A stretch of DNA of 63,653 bases, counting the filler, from Choristocarpus tenellus KU-1152 (lineage: Eukaryota; Protista; Phaeophyceae): NCBI GenBank assembly GCA_964200185.2. It is 10 parts of 10 records of this genome, joined end to end, with 100 filler letters (N's around TTAATTAATTAA, not from the genome) between each part and the next. Parts side by side here need not be neighbours in the genome. Positions count along the whole stretch, not along the records: positions 1 to 3,830 come from CAXNAD020017691.1; positions 3,931 to 26,837 come from CAXNAD020000272.1; 8 more parts are not named here. One strand, given 5' to 3'. Positions 1-13,231 of this stretch are shown in pieces. The position numbers and the translations under genes are program-made. Under the pieces are notes generated by a model. That model was not told the origin of the DNA, did no database searches, and worked only from the letters and a program-made list of their open reading frames with translations. Numbering within the stretch: position 1 is the first letter of the stretch; the number at the start of each line of letters is the position of its first letter.

Positions 1-24
1 GGTGGGGGGGGGGGGGGGGGGGGG

Positions 25-64
<40 letters not shown>

Positions 65-804
65 GCGGGAACAAAGGTAAAGGCGGAGTCGGAACACCAA
101 CAGAAGAGACTATTTTGTCTGGAGAGGGGCCTGTTACACGATGGCTTCACCTGCCAGGGACAGCAGAGGCGGATCAGGACAATCTCAACTTTTACGACGG
201 AAGCCTCTTATCGCTTGCGCTGCCCCCAGATGTCATGCTCGCAGCTGGGGGCGGGGGGCAGAGGGCGGGGGGAAGTAATGAGGGTTCGGTTGTCAGCCCT
301 GCGAGCTCAACCGATGCTGCTCCTGCAGCCGTCGCATTGGTAGACATGCTCCAGGGATCGGACAGAGGGCTTGATCATGGCGATGGGAACAAGACCTCAT
401 CGAAAGCAGGGGAGCCAAATACGCCTTCGAAGGTTGGTCGGAACATGACCAAAGGTGTGCCAACAACAGCCTCGACAACCTCTTCAATGTCATGCTCAGT
501 GCCCCTCCAAGAAGGCACAGTGGGGGCCAAGAAGAGACCCGCCGCTGGGGCTGTCAGCCCCTGCCCCCGGTCCCCCTCTACCCTCCCCCTTCCCCCCCCC
601 ATGTTGAATCAGAGACCGTCCAAGCGTGCAAAGAAAGTCCGTCGTATTGCCCCCACCTTCGTTGCGCCGTTCGATTCACACGGTGCTGGTGCTATGGACA
701 CTACACCGCCGGCAGTTGCCTCTGGTGGATTTGAGACGAGTGTAGCCGCAGCTGCAGGGGGGGGGGGGGGGGGGGGGGGGCTGGTGGTGGGGCTTGAGAT
801 CTAG
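1..804 (+). CDS. 3' end of a low-complexity Gly/Ser/Pro-rich protein (partial, unknown function)
   Basis: Long stop-free frame ending TAG at 802-804, GC-rich, with basic NLS-like patches (KKRP, KRAKKVRR), followed by T-rich UTR-like sequence; no recognisable domain. Confidence 0.45.
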
Positions 805-1834
805 AGACTTTTTTTTTTGCCTGTGACTTTATTTATTTTACAGGAGTGGAGACAAGTTGAGTTGTTGCATTTTTTTCCGTTGTAGGGTGTTGTTCTTGAA
901 TTGGCTCCTTGGTTCAAGTTTCTGGCGTGTGTGTGGTATGCCCGCCTGAATTTGTTTGTACTTTGCAGGTTGGTCAAAAATCCAAGCTGCCTCTGTGCCT
1001 GTGCCTGTGCCTGTGTCTGTGTCTTTGTCTTTGTCTGTGCCTATACTTTCATATTTTGTTCTTACTAGGTGCCACTTTGTGTTTGTGGAGGTGTGCATGT
1101 CTTGCTTAGTTGTTTTCTGCCGGGGGAGAGTGGTTTTCGTGTGTCAGTATCTTGTGGCCTGCTTTGAGAAGTGTTTAGGGTTTGCTGTCACGTGTGTTGA
1201 TAAGTATAAGTGTATGGGAGTAAGGGACCCTCAACCTGCAATGCTCGGCTTCCTCAGCCAATCCGCATTGAAAGGGTTAGGTTCGGCTCCGACTCTCTGC
1301 ATGGACCGTATTGTTTGGTAAATTGTTATTTTTATCGTGGAATGGACCGATTCACTCGGATATATAATAAATAATGATAATCATGTTACGCGTGTAAAAA
1401 AACCTCGTGTGTGATGGAGATGAAGTTATTCCCCTAGCCTCTTTCCAGTGCGTCGTGCTTATTGCTGCTCTGGCTGTCAAGCCATGTCAGCGCAGGGCTC
1501 ATCAGACCTGTCGTGCAAGAGTAGTGTCTTCCTCCATCCCATCCCTGACCTAACAGCCATCGCTTCCTCCGGCCTTGAACCTGTCCATCCCACTAGAGAT
1601 GATGTTCACACCAACTGCTCCCGTCTACCCTTTGTTTTCGCCTTCTCACACTTTTCGGGCCAGCTGCGCACAGACCCCAACTGAGATACACCTTTTCACA
1701 TCATGGCCTACAGTTTCCGAGTCATCCCCTCGTCCCAAGGCTCTACTACTAGTACTACTAGTACTAGTACTACTAGTACTTAATTAACAACGTGAAGTAT
1801 ACACCATTGCACACACAAGAATCAGTGACCAGGG

Positions 1835-2775
1835 CTACGATAGGATGCTTTCCGAAACCGTTTCACTTCTTCCTAGCTTCGCCTCTGATGGCACTGGACC
1901 TCCCACGCCTCCCAAGGGAGTCGAGGGCGCAGTCTGAACCTCAGTGCTTGCGACAGCTGCAATCCTGTTTGGGTAGCGGCGGTGTTGGTTCAAGGGGGTA
2001 GGCCAGTGTGCGACACGGACTGGGGTGAAGGGACAGTCTCTCCGAAAGGCCTGTTCCCGCTGGCGCTGTGCGCTTTGCCTGTGCCTCTCCTGCCTCTTTA
2101 TTTCCCTCCAGAGGATGTCCTCGATGGGCTGTTGGGGTCAGGGAGAGTTGGAGAGGGGGGTTGTAATTGTTCTTCAGTTTCATTGTGTTTTGAGGTGCGC
2201 TTGCTTGGCTATGGACTGTATACAGTGATGGCAGTGCTGCAAACTGGCTTTGCCATGGCGGGACCTGCTTCTGTACATTTAGGGTCAGCGTGTGCACAGC
2301 ACATACATGGTAAGAAGTGCGTAAAGCGGGGAGTGGAGAATTGAGGGTATCGGATAAGGGACTTGAGCAGGAACTTGCAGTAGCGGTAGATTGCCTCCTC
2401 CGAGACTCAAACCCCCTTCCCTCCCAAATGCACGTCAACATACCCAACGTTTATCATCACAACACGTACCTTACTTCCACCCCGCCCAAGTAACTTGGCC
2501 ATCTCAACAGACTTAGAATCGATCTGGGGATGAAACGTTAGCTCCCTTTCTTCCGCCTCTGTTTTTTCACTCTGAGACTGGCTGGGTGAGGGTATCGGCC
2601 TTGGCTGGGCAAACACTCGGGTTGTAGGACCCTGACCGGCCAATCGGGCAATGGCCTTGTCAAGGAGGGAGCAGAAGCTGGGCAGGGTGAGGGTGTCTCC
2701 GTCGTGGTCGGCCAGGGCAGCAGTCACGAGGGGCTCCACCTCGGAACGAAGTACTGAGGGATCGACCTTATCTAC
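1835..2775 (-). CDS. Last two exons (2775-2470, 2128-1835) of a spliced gene with 'ELTFHPQI'/'DCPFTP' repeat motifs
   Basis: Acceptor cacag| before 2775, donor |gtacgt after 2470, acceptor caacag| before 2128; phase-0 join reads ...GRGGSK|PIEDILWREIKRQERH...; both exons are multiples of 3 (306, 294 nt) and the last ends at TAG 1837-1835. Confidence 0.7.
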
Positions 2776-3830
2776 CTGTGTGATAGAAAGGTGGCGTGGT
2801 GGGGTGGTGTCCGTGGTAGGGGGGCAGTGCAGAAACCAAGCGGGCAGGGGTTAGGGTTAGGGTCAGGAGGAGTCAATAGACACGATTTTGCTGGAGGAAT
2901 GAATGAAAAAGAACAATAGTAATGGCGATGGCAATGATAATGATAATAATAATAATAATAAATTAATTAATAATAATGATAATAATAAATTAATTAATAA
3001 TGATGATAATAATACATCACTTCAAAGAAATATCTTAGTAGTATTGATAGTGGTATGTCCTTATGTTTTTTTTATTTGTGCATCTCACACCTTTTGTGTG
3101 TATGTCAACATGCCTCCACATAGGGATACATACAAATAAATAATAACCTTTTACTTAATTATTGTTGATTGGCGATAGCGCAACCCCCTCTGCGGGTATA
3201 ACCAACCAGGGAAGTACAAATAGATGTATGAAACACATGAACATAACTCAAGACCCAGTAAGACCCCCCTCAAGACACCTTAACCTGTCCATGCACACGA
3301 TCATCCATTCAACATTTTATGATACATCGATTTTATATAGCAAGAATATTGTTTGTACATGTTGGACCTTGTTGGGGTGATTTCGGCTCACTTCCCCCTG
3401 AGAGTCAGCCGTGATTCTGTTCAGGTATAAACCAGTCAGAGGTGCACTTCACTCCGTTGTCGAAAAGCTTCACACTTCACACCAGCATCAAAAAGAGTCA
3501 GTGCTTGTTGCAGGCAGAGTAACTGTCGCCACGCCTTCGCTGGGTGGGTCGGTATCAACCAAGAGGCTGTGGAGATCCTGCAAGCAGGGTTAGGTCCCTG
3601 CCTGCCTCATCGAACTCAATAGGACCATGTCGTCTTTGTTGTCAGGCTTTCCATGTATAATTAAGGAGGTACAACTTGAAAGGTTCCTTGGTCCTTCTTT
3701 TTCAAGGACTCCTTTCATAAAAAGCTCGAGGTTGAATGACACTGAAGTACTTTACATGCTACTACAGTGTGTACCATGCACTGTTAGGGGGGGGGGGATT
3801 ATGTAAGGTTCAGGTTCGGGTTCAAGTTAT

Positions 3831-3930
3831 NNNNNNNNNNNNNNNNNNNNNNNNNNNNNNNNNNNNNNNNNNNNTTAATTAATTAANNNNNNNNNNNNNN
3901 NNNNNNNNNNNNNNNNNNNNNNNNNNNNNN
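3831..3930. other. Artificial contig linker
   Basis: N44-TTAATTAATTAA-N44, stop codons in all six frames; identical at nine positions. Confidence 0.98.
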
Positions 3931-4019
3931 CTATGTGGTTTAATACAGGTATCAAAACAACACAGGTGTCAGTTGTACGAAAATTGTTGGAACTAACAGT
4001 AAGAAATGCTTCTGTGTAC

Positions 4020-4189
4020 GAAGTATGTAGCATAATTGTAGCATATTTGGTAGTAAAGCAGCAAATTGATAGTGTTTTTCACATTTACGACGAATATTAC
4101 TTTTCTAGGGTATATTCTGACATGCGAATAGTTTTTTGTTGATTTCCCTCTGACACATCTCCAAAATGTCAAAAGGCATAATAATAAAA
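4020..4189 (+). mobile_element. 3' tail of CRE-like non-LTR retrotransposon (5'-truncated copy)
   Basis: Ends CCCTCTGACACATCTCCAAAATGTCAAAAGGCATAATAATA, same as the 3' end of the RLE-coding copy at 15342-15797. Confidence 0.7.
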
Positions 4190-7100
4190 CATATGTACAC
4201 AATAGTTATGGACCTCCAAGCAACCAATGTACTTGTATGGGAAGGAGAGGTCCATCAACATACAGTAGTAGGAGCGTAGTAGAGATCTAACAACATTTCT
4301 TGATTCACACCGATTTTGGACTTGCAGTCAACCGTCGAGACCAACATTAATTGCCCAAGGACAAGGAGGAGAAACACGGAGAGTCGAGGAGTGAAGATTG
4401 AGTCATCAGTGAGACGGTAGGTTACTCCAAAAGAATTCCCGTGGCTCTGGGTATCGCTGAATGAAGAGAGGCACCTGTGGAACTAATGTCTTGAAAATGT
4501 CCCACTCATTCTGCCTCACAGAAGAACATCCACAAGAATTCAGGCTCCTGGCAAGAAACCTCAAATGTTATAACGGTACAAGGTATACTGCAATTAACGG
4601 TATGATAACCATTAGCCCCCCTTTCCACATCGTCCCCGCTTTTGCTACACCTCAAAGCTTTGTATGCATAATTCAGGACCAAGGAAAAGGTGAGCTCTGT
4701 GAGCAAAATGGGAAACAGGTGTAACTGTTAGCGTACTGTTCTTGCATCATTTTAATGCACAACGCCATTGAAATGAAATGAAGTGAAATGCGTGGAATGC
4801 ATGGATACCTGATTAGGATATCATCAACCAATGATAACGTTGGTGGTATGTGATCAGCAGGGCAATCAACCTTGTTTTAGGTCCGAGTGTGTATGGGATC
4901 AGCATATCAGCCAGCTCAAATAAGAGTGAGGTTGATGGTATGTGGTCAGCATAGCACCATGACTCTCGACTCTTGTACAAACAGAAGATATTCAAGATTG
5001 AGGAAATAAGGAGAACATGCTTTAACATGCCGACAACTGTTCGACTAGCAATTTGTAATCTGAACGATTATTAACGATTGTATGTGATATCAATCAACTC
5101 ACCAATGTCTAAACGCACATGCGGAGGCATCTACTTGATGAAAATGAACACTTGACGAGCAGACAAAATCAATGGATACACAATGGTGCAAGTCTCCTTC
5201 CCCACATTCTGGATTGGAAATACTGCTCATGGCAAGAAACGCAACATTTCAAGTGTACACGAGGAGAAGGACGATATTGTTGGTGTTTAACCCTCAATTC
5301 AATACGAGGTGACCGTAGGATCATCACATCACCTCAGGGAGATCATTCCACTCAAAGACAACGGAAAAATGTGACTCACCTAGCGACTCATTTCAGCCCC
5401 ATCACTCGCAAAAAACGCACCTTAGTGGCTTCGTGTAGTAGTCGCTGAATACTTCGAAGTATTACAAGTTGACGATCAAAAGTGTGGGCGATGGAAGTAT
5501 CCCGCACACACAAAAAGTTCACCAATACTGCAAAAAATAAAAAAATAAAACACAAGATAATCAAGTCCGTATAGTGAGCATCAGTCTCTTTTCCTCACAT
5601 TTTTTTTTTATTTTCCATCAGAAAGGTATCCCACCATTTCTCTTCTAACGCTTAACCACACAAACGCAGTGCACAACAGTCTTGAACACCACCACATAAT
5701 ATCGCTGAGTACAATAGTTGCCGTCTTAGTATAAATATATATCAAGGAGACAATAAGAAGAAGAGGAAGAAAGAATATAGATATCAATATTTTCATTTAC
5801 TATAATTGTATACTGCTTGATCTAACATAAATCCATCTTGATTGTCTTTCCAACGCATAGAAAATTTTAAAAGTTTAAATATGTATTATTCTACCCACTC
5901 TATCAACAGCTTTAGTCAAATCCATGACATCCTTGCCTTAGGGGAGGGCTCAATCCGAACAGTCGGCCATGGTTGCACCCAAAGCAGACACAGTGTGTGA
6001 CACAAAAAATCCCCAGCTCATCAGAGGCCGCACACTGTTAAAGAACACAAGCGGTTTCTCCAACGAACAAAGCCGCAGTACTGCACAAACCTTTCTGCTT
6101 GATTTCCCAGATATCAAACAAAAGTCATAAGACCTAAGTGCATCTACGTGCTCGTCTCCAGCACAATTATCACGTAAACAATAAGGCCCAGGCCTCGGCT
6201 AACGGTCATGGTCACCTTCTATACAAACTCTTAGACGAAAGCACCAATCCACCCTCCCCGGACCAACTCATTTACCGCATTAAAACAGCAAGTGCACTTA
6301 CTAACAACACAATTTATACCTATCGAGTGTCCCACCTCCAAGGGAAAAGCCCTTCCCATCCCAATAACTGATTTTGCCGTACATGTTACCGTAGTCACAT
6401 CTCAATGCAACTACCTTTGATTAGCGACGATTGCACCAAATAAATAGCTGTAAGTTACATGGTTCATTCAACTACGAGGTTTACAAGGAAAAGGGTTGGC
6501 AAGCACTCATAAAACTAACACCTCACCACTGAGGGAGAGGTACCCCGAGGAAGAGATCAATAGGGGGAGGCAGTCACTGGAGCAGATATAGGGGCAAAGC
6601 AGAGCCCCTCACACTCAACCACACCCGCAGGGGGCAAGCCATTGGAAGATGAAATCAACCGCAAAGAGAGACACCACCAAAACAGAAAACCTGCAATGGG
6701 TTATGTGCCAATCTTGGATGCTCCCACACGTGCACCACTCACGGACACAGAGGTACCAGAGCTGAACACACCCAAGGAGGTGGAGCTCGGAACAGATGAG
6801 GTGGTGCTGGGATTGCTAATTAGTAGTCCCAGCGGTATCACCTGGCTTTGCCATTTCATACAGCAAGCATGTTGTGTTCTCCAGCCCACTCATGATCAAA
6901 CGTGCATCACACTTGCACTCCCCAGCCTTGTGGAACTTGGACATGTCCATCAAAAGCCTATACCTCTCTCAACCTCACCAGTAGAGGAACCAGGGTCCAC
7001 AGGGCAGTGCAACAGGAGCAGGGGGCCCATCAACTGCCTTATCTTCAACAGCAACCCTACCTACACCCCCATTGGCTGTATGGGAGCGCTGGAGATCAGC

Positions 7101-9240
7101 ACCTTTCATATACTTGTGCGGGGTGATCACAATTCCACTATTACTGCTGCAATTATCAGCCTTCCCTTTTGATCCTCTCACCAGAGTTGCGCTCTCAAGA
7201 GGTGAAGTGCTGAGAGGGAACATTGGAGACTGTGGGGAGAGGATGAGAGGAGAGATGGCGAGGTGGGCTATGGATTTGATGTGGAACAGAACGGCGTATA
7301 AAGCACAAACTCCAAAACATAAATTCATGCAACAACTTCTATCCATAATATCATCAATATCTTGGCGATCAAATACCAATAGCTTTCTACAGAACGAGCT
7401 GATTTACTATTAATATTTTACAAAAGGTAGGTCTCCTAGAGCTAAATACTAAGCATTAAGAAGATGGCAAACAAATACGCAACTGAATACCAGAATAATA
7501 TTATTGTTTGTTCAAATATTGCAGTGGAGGTGCAACACTGGTCTGTATTCTAACAATGGTAATACAATATGGCACAAAGCACAAATAAACAAGATAAAAG
7601 CACACAATATGTTATCACTACTTTGATATGAACATGGCCAACGGCTTTTCCAACAAAACATCCAAACCCGGCAGCACAAGCTCCTCATCTCGTCAAACCA
7701 CACAAAAGAGCAATTCACTCTTAATGTGGGATCTGAACGCCAAAGCTTCCCCCAGCATGGTAATCTGCCTGGTGTGTCATATATCCCTCTGCTCGGCCTT
7801 CGTGCAACAACCGGGGCTCTGCGGCATCCCTAGAAGGCACCAGTGGGCAAGCCTGCCAGGTAGTTCCAAGCACGCCCTAACTCACCCAACTGTACAACTG
7901 AGGCCTAGGGCCATTGGCAGCAGCAGGCGGAGTTGGAGGGCTCTTCCAGAAGTGTCTAGAGTGGCCCCGATCCCCTCCGTGAACGATTTCAGGATGAGAG
8001 ACACTACTGTCGACCTCCGACTCCACATCTTTCAGAGATAAAGTCTGATGGTGGTACACAGTGGAACCAGGGTTGTAAACATTATCAGTACTATGTAGCA
8101 CTACAACATGGCAAGGCAGGAGACAGACTGAGGGGGAGAAATTGGGGAAGGATGATAAAATGAAAGCACTGTAGAGGAAAAGAGTTGAACACCAATTACT
8201 GAATCAATAGCAGAGTATGCAGGAGTAAATAATCATGCCACCTGGTGTACTCTAAAGTGGTTGTTAGATGGAAGGAAGAAGACAGATTATCAAGGGCTGT
8301 GGAGAAGGAAGAATTCACATGTGGCAAGGGGTCTTCATACTGTTTGACTACCATGAGGATACAAAACAGGTTTGCATTGACGTTGGTGTTGTTCGAATTC
8401 TTCATCACAGTTTATACTCCCCTATGCTAGCCAACAACAACACAGTTGTGCTTCTCTCTTGATGAGGGACAAGAAGTCTCAAGCTTATGCACCTATGCAT
8501 AGTGAGGTTCCAAGTATCAATCAACTCTACTGTGCAAGATAGTACTCGAAATATTATATGGTCAACATAACAAAAATATACTTTCTCATGCACTACGCTG
8601 CAAAGGTCTCACCTCAAATCAAATTCCACGTCCTCAATCAGGGTAGCAAGAGGATAATGCCCCTCCCGCCCACTAAGGTTTGCAAATGATCAATGATCCT
8701 TCACCTCAAAATATTCTTCCTCCTCCTCTCCTTCCTCCCCAGCCGCATTATCTTGCTAAAGTTGCCTTGTTGCCTTCATCATTGTTGGGGCTGCACCCTC
8801 CCCCTCCACTGTTGAGGTACTCTCATCTGTGGTGGGTTGAGGATCCACCATTGAAGCGATCTCCACACTACAGCTTGAACATCTCTCTTCCTCCCTTTGC
8901 ACATCTTGGTCAGTCTTATCCTCAGTGCCCTAAGTCTCTTTCAACCTGTCAACAGGCTCAGAGGTCGAGACAACAAGCTCCACCCTCTTCGCTGCCGCCA
9001 TCTTGGGTACCCCTGGCAGAGGATGTAACTCAGATATCAGGAGGGCGAGTTGCCCCCTTACCTCTCCCTCTTTCCCTTCCTTGGCATTTGCCTCTACTGA
9101 CTTCACCTTGTCCTTCAACTAGCGCTTGCGCACTACCAGCCAGACACACTCCTTTCTCAGGCAGGGATGTCTCCCAGATAGGTCATTGTCATTGACACAC
9201 TCGTCTTCATGTTGTCTTCCTCTGCCAGCACAACCCTGGA

Positions 9241-9497
9241 GAGTGAAAGTATCTTAGAGGGTACGAGTTTTTCCCTGTTTGTCCATTTAGGACTTGGCTT
9301 CTCATGGGTTATTTTATGACATTTACCTAATCCAAAATGTTTCGGAGTAAGTGAAATGTATACAGTATGAAAAGGTGTGTCTAGAACATGGATATTGACA
9401 CTTCCTAACAAACACGATAGCCAAATTACATCAAATTCGAAACATTGGATTTTGCCCCCAAATGGACGCCGCTCTACCCTCTAAGATACTTTGACTC
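9241..9497 (+). mobile_element. MITE family A (~257 bp)
   Basis: TIRs GAGTGAAAGTATCTTAGAGGGTA ... TACCCTCTAAGATACTTTGACTC; eight related copies in the window. Confidence 0.9.
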
Positions 9498-9739
9498 CGA
9501 GGCGTACCAAGAGCTGAATATTAAGGATGCCATGAAATATGTGCAAAATTTGGCTTTTGTACAACTGTGTATAGGATTTTCTCTAAATCACGTCCTAATG
9601 TTCCAAACAAAGAAATAAACCCTCTCAAAACAAATTTAGAACTTCATCAATTGAAAGATGGATGGATTGCAATAGATCCAAAATATGGCTTATAGTGGGA
9701 AACGGTAACAACCTGGGTACCTCTCCTTTACTTTGACTC
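9498..9739 (-). mobile_element. MITE family B copy fused to the family A copy
   Basis: Reverse complement resembles 36027-36282 and 48097-48355; ends GGTACCTCTCCTTTACTTTGACTC; the outer part of its other TIR is missing at the A junction. Confidence 0.7.
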
Positions 9740-11204
9740 ACTGGAGGTCTAGAGTTCTAATGTTCCTCCCCACATATTTCCTGAAATAGTTCTAGGTTTC
9801 CTTCTCTTAAAAAGAAAAAATGAAACGGTTCGGTGGTGTTAAAATAGTCAATCAGAATCATCGGTGATTTTTGACGAAGACTGATGGTTGCATTATCTCG
9901 AGTAGTTCGAGTGGTGAGTGTCGAGCAAGACCACACCCACCCCGTGTCTCACATATATCGACACGGTCTAGGCTAGCATCACGATTTGGTTGATTCACGG
10001 GTGAACGACCGTTGTCCTAGCCCTGTTCAGCTCAAATCTTCTCAGGCAACAAAACATCGGCAAAGATCTTCGATGACCCAAGTCTCTGGGGTCTCTTGGT
10101 GTGATGTCGACCTCGATCGGTGAGATGAAACTTGTCTACATAGGGCCGACGTAGTAGACAAATTCTTGACTCTCAAAATACCTACTCCCTACGAGAACAT
10201 GCCCCGAATCGTCAAGAACAACTGAATTTGCTCCATCATTCTGTTGCAATCGCCTCTCTCCTTCTCCCTTCCTCCCGTTCAGGAACAATGGTCTCATCGA
10301 ACTCTATTTCGTTCCATTCTGCCAAAGACCAACCCGCTACATGTACATGGAACACGAGGGGTTATCATTGATCCCACAGGTTGCTCCACACTCGCCCTTC
10401 ATCCTCGTTGATATCAATAGTTGGGAGGAGTAAGGGATACGGGTTACTAAACTCATTAGATATGCAAAATCGTTTCAGAAGAGGTTACAGTCTCGGGTAG
10501 AATGAACTATTATTTTGAATCCGTTTCTCCTGTTGGGGCCAGTGTATGCAACAACTCTGATGCTAATATAACAATCAATTTTGCAGTAAAGTATCAAGAA
10601 CTACGTTCAAATATTATTTTAGTTCTTTCAAAAAAAATAGAATTGTAACAATAGCCCGAGGCCACTTAATTCACAACCCAAAAATTCTTAATACTCGGAG
10701 TAGTTTACTACCCCAACCTCAAAAAGTACTTTTATTTACCCATTCCCACCAACACACACTTGGCAATCAATCATAAACGCGTTCCATGGTAACCTATGGG
10801 TTGGAAAAAATACCACAATGGGTTGTAGACCCCACTAGGAGAACATGTCTCACACATGGGGGTTTACTCCACAAGGTATGAAGCTCAAAACATCTAGATC
10901 AATTTATGACTGTGCCACAGAGGAAAACTACACCAATCCCCCAACATATTTAAGCCTACAGCAATAACTTGAGAATTGTATTGGATGGTGGTTCGTCTTC
11001 AACCAATATGACGAAAAATGAGGGAAACATTTAACCTTTCCTTTCTTTCACAAAGTTTCAGATTGCACCTGTAACTCATCTCACTGACAAAACAACAGAG
11101 TTCAAATGAAAAACCTCATCTCGTGTGTGATTCCCACTGGTAGATAACACGTGCACCCAAAATATGAATGCCCAAACTGTATTTGGACTCGTTGATGGAT
11201 GAAT

Positions 11205-11323
11205 GACCCAAAGTATCTGGGGGGGGGGGTTTGGCTCCAAATGGACAGCCTCTACCCCCCCCAGGTACTTTGAGCCAGGTTCAAAAACGGAGGCCGGCAC
11301 CCTCCCCCCAGATACTTTGACCC
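11205..11323 (+). mobile_element. Short MITE family C derivative with two successive right ends
   Basis: Starts GACCCAAAGTATCTG(G)n; right ends at TACTTTGAGCC (11276) and GATACTTTGACCC (11323); flanked by AAT/AAT. Confidence 0.75.
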
Positions 11324-11655
11324 AATATTTGAATATACCCCCATACCTATTGATCAGGTGTGAAACACCTTTCATTTCAAAAACTTCTAGTCATGTGCAT
11401 TCTTTTCATACTTATGAAACGAGAAAAACAACTTTGCTATGGAAGAATGGCTCACAACAACTAATACGAGTCAGAGAAAAATTTCAGTTTGAAGTCACAC
11501 CACTCGGAGGCATGGATAAGCCATTTCATATAATGATAATGTGAACATGTGAACATCGATGAAGCTAAGACAGCTTTTGGGAAATGACTTCACGAACCCT
11601 TTTCTAACTACAACTACCTGCAAATGAATCGCCACAATGTTTCTGCCTCATGTGT

Positions 11656-11841
11656 AAAACAATTTTTTAGAGGAGTTCTTACTAGTAAATTTCGTAAAAA
11701 AAATGGGTCCGTATTATTTAAAAAATGTATCTGTGTTGACCTACCTACATTATCAACAAAAGAAACAATTGTCTTTGGATTAAGACTAGCTCCTCCTACA
11801 CCAATTGCAATTATGTGAGAAAATTTTATTAATTTCCTACG
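11656..11841 (-). pseudogene. pgi: Bacterial-type glucose-6-phosphate isomerase fragment (first SIS domain)
   Basis: Translates FSHIIAIGVGGASLNPKTIVSF...QIHFLNNTDPFFLRNLL, matching the PGI GxGGS-x-LGP and IHF-x-x-N-x-DP motifs with plausible spacing; only ~60 codons, no start or C-terminus. Confidence 0.7.
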
Positions 11842-13231
11842 TGCGTACACAAATCGTAAATACGTCATTGTTCCGAGCGAAAACACTTGTTCACGTAATG
11901 CTGGTCATGTCAAAAGATATCGTCAAATCAACGGGGGAGCACAAGTAATGCATGTGTCCCTTTTTTGTGTATAATACTAAGGTGGTACCAATAGTTAGCG
12001 TCCTAGAGCAATCTTGTTTTTTTTCACTGTCTTTCCACAAGAAGTATACAACATAAATGTCAAATGAAAGCTTATGCGAAGAGATGATGAAGATTTGTAT
12101 GCAGGAATGTACGAACTTCAGTGAACGGGAACTATGCCCCGATCAAAGAATGGCAAAAACGCGGGGGAACATTTCCGCCGCCATTTTGATGGTCACAATC
12201 TCAAAAGGTACATAAATGAAGTGGTTGGCTGAATTCCCTGCAAAAAACTGATCCGAGGTAGACCCCTGCTTCGATGTGGTACTTGTGGCAATAAAAAAAA
12301 AGCAAGATTTGCGGACATCTTTTTAGAGCCATTTGCAGACTTTTTGAAAGCACACACACACGTGACCCACACAGCAACAAGAACCACGACAGTGAGACAA
12401 GGAGAGCCGCCGAGGTCACTCTGCCCCCTTAATCTACCCTGGGTACCTTCTTCTCTGTCGAGAGGTGACCAAAAAACAAGTACCGTGCGATATTCGGTGC
12501 GATGTTAGGTGACGAGAAAGTGCGTGTACTGTAGCGCAGCAGCATAATCAAATTGCGCAATGGATCACGTGGCCGCGACACTGACGCTGAGAGAAGATGC
12601 CTGGAAAGCATTACCACACAAACGTAGTTGGATCTTCAACCACGTCGGAGCACTGCTCTGCAGCCTCTGCTGCCTCGGGAAAGCAGGAAGAGAGCGGCAA
12701 GTCCACCACCAGGTGTGGTACAGTGACGAAGTCTGTGGGGAAGCCTGGACACGACGGGCGACGTGAAAACCAGAGTGACCGTCTGAAGGGAAGGTTGGGA
12801 AAGAGAGCAATGCGACTGCGTGCCATTGCGCCCAGGACACGCTTAAGCGAAAACCCGGGTGTAGAATATCTTAGTATTCGACAGTTGCGGCAGGCCCTAG
12901 CTGTTTGGAAGCTACGTGAGCCAGAGTGGCTTAGGAAACGAGAAAGAAGGTGTTAGGGTTGGGCTACAAGGTATCTGAAGCCCGAAAGAAGGCGACCCAT
13001 TTCCGGCGCTCAACGAGGAAATGTGATAGTAAAGGCTCTAACACTGCGAATCCTGTACCTCTGTATGAACGACGGGAAAGACCATCAAACGGCGCGAACA
13101 CACAGGAAGAAAGGGTGGGGAGACTTTCCCCCCCACTAAACCCTATACTTCAATCAAGTAATAGTGTATCTGTTGCCAATCTTGGTGACCTACAATCCGG
13201 AGTTCGAACCTCAATATGACTGGTCTTTCGT

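Noticed and set aside
1-63. Poly-Gly/poly-Pro proteins from long G or C runs (also 30557, 56029, 60450)
   Set aside because: Homopolymer runs at or near contig ends have unreliable length and frame.
3875-3886. Recurrent palindrome TTAATTAATTAA as a regulatory or recombination site
   Set aside because: Always centred in exactly 44+44 Ns; an artificial six-frame-stop linker. ORFs containing X runs or ending 'LIN' are artefacts of it.
12100-12956. hAT transposase remnant (TDPR and SVER-like words)
   Set aside because: Only two short, degenerate motifs across frameshifts; not enough to call without a search.
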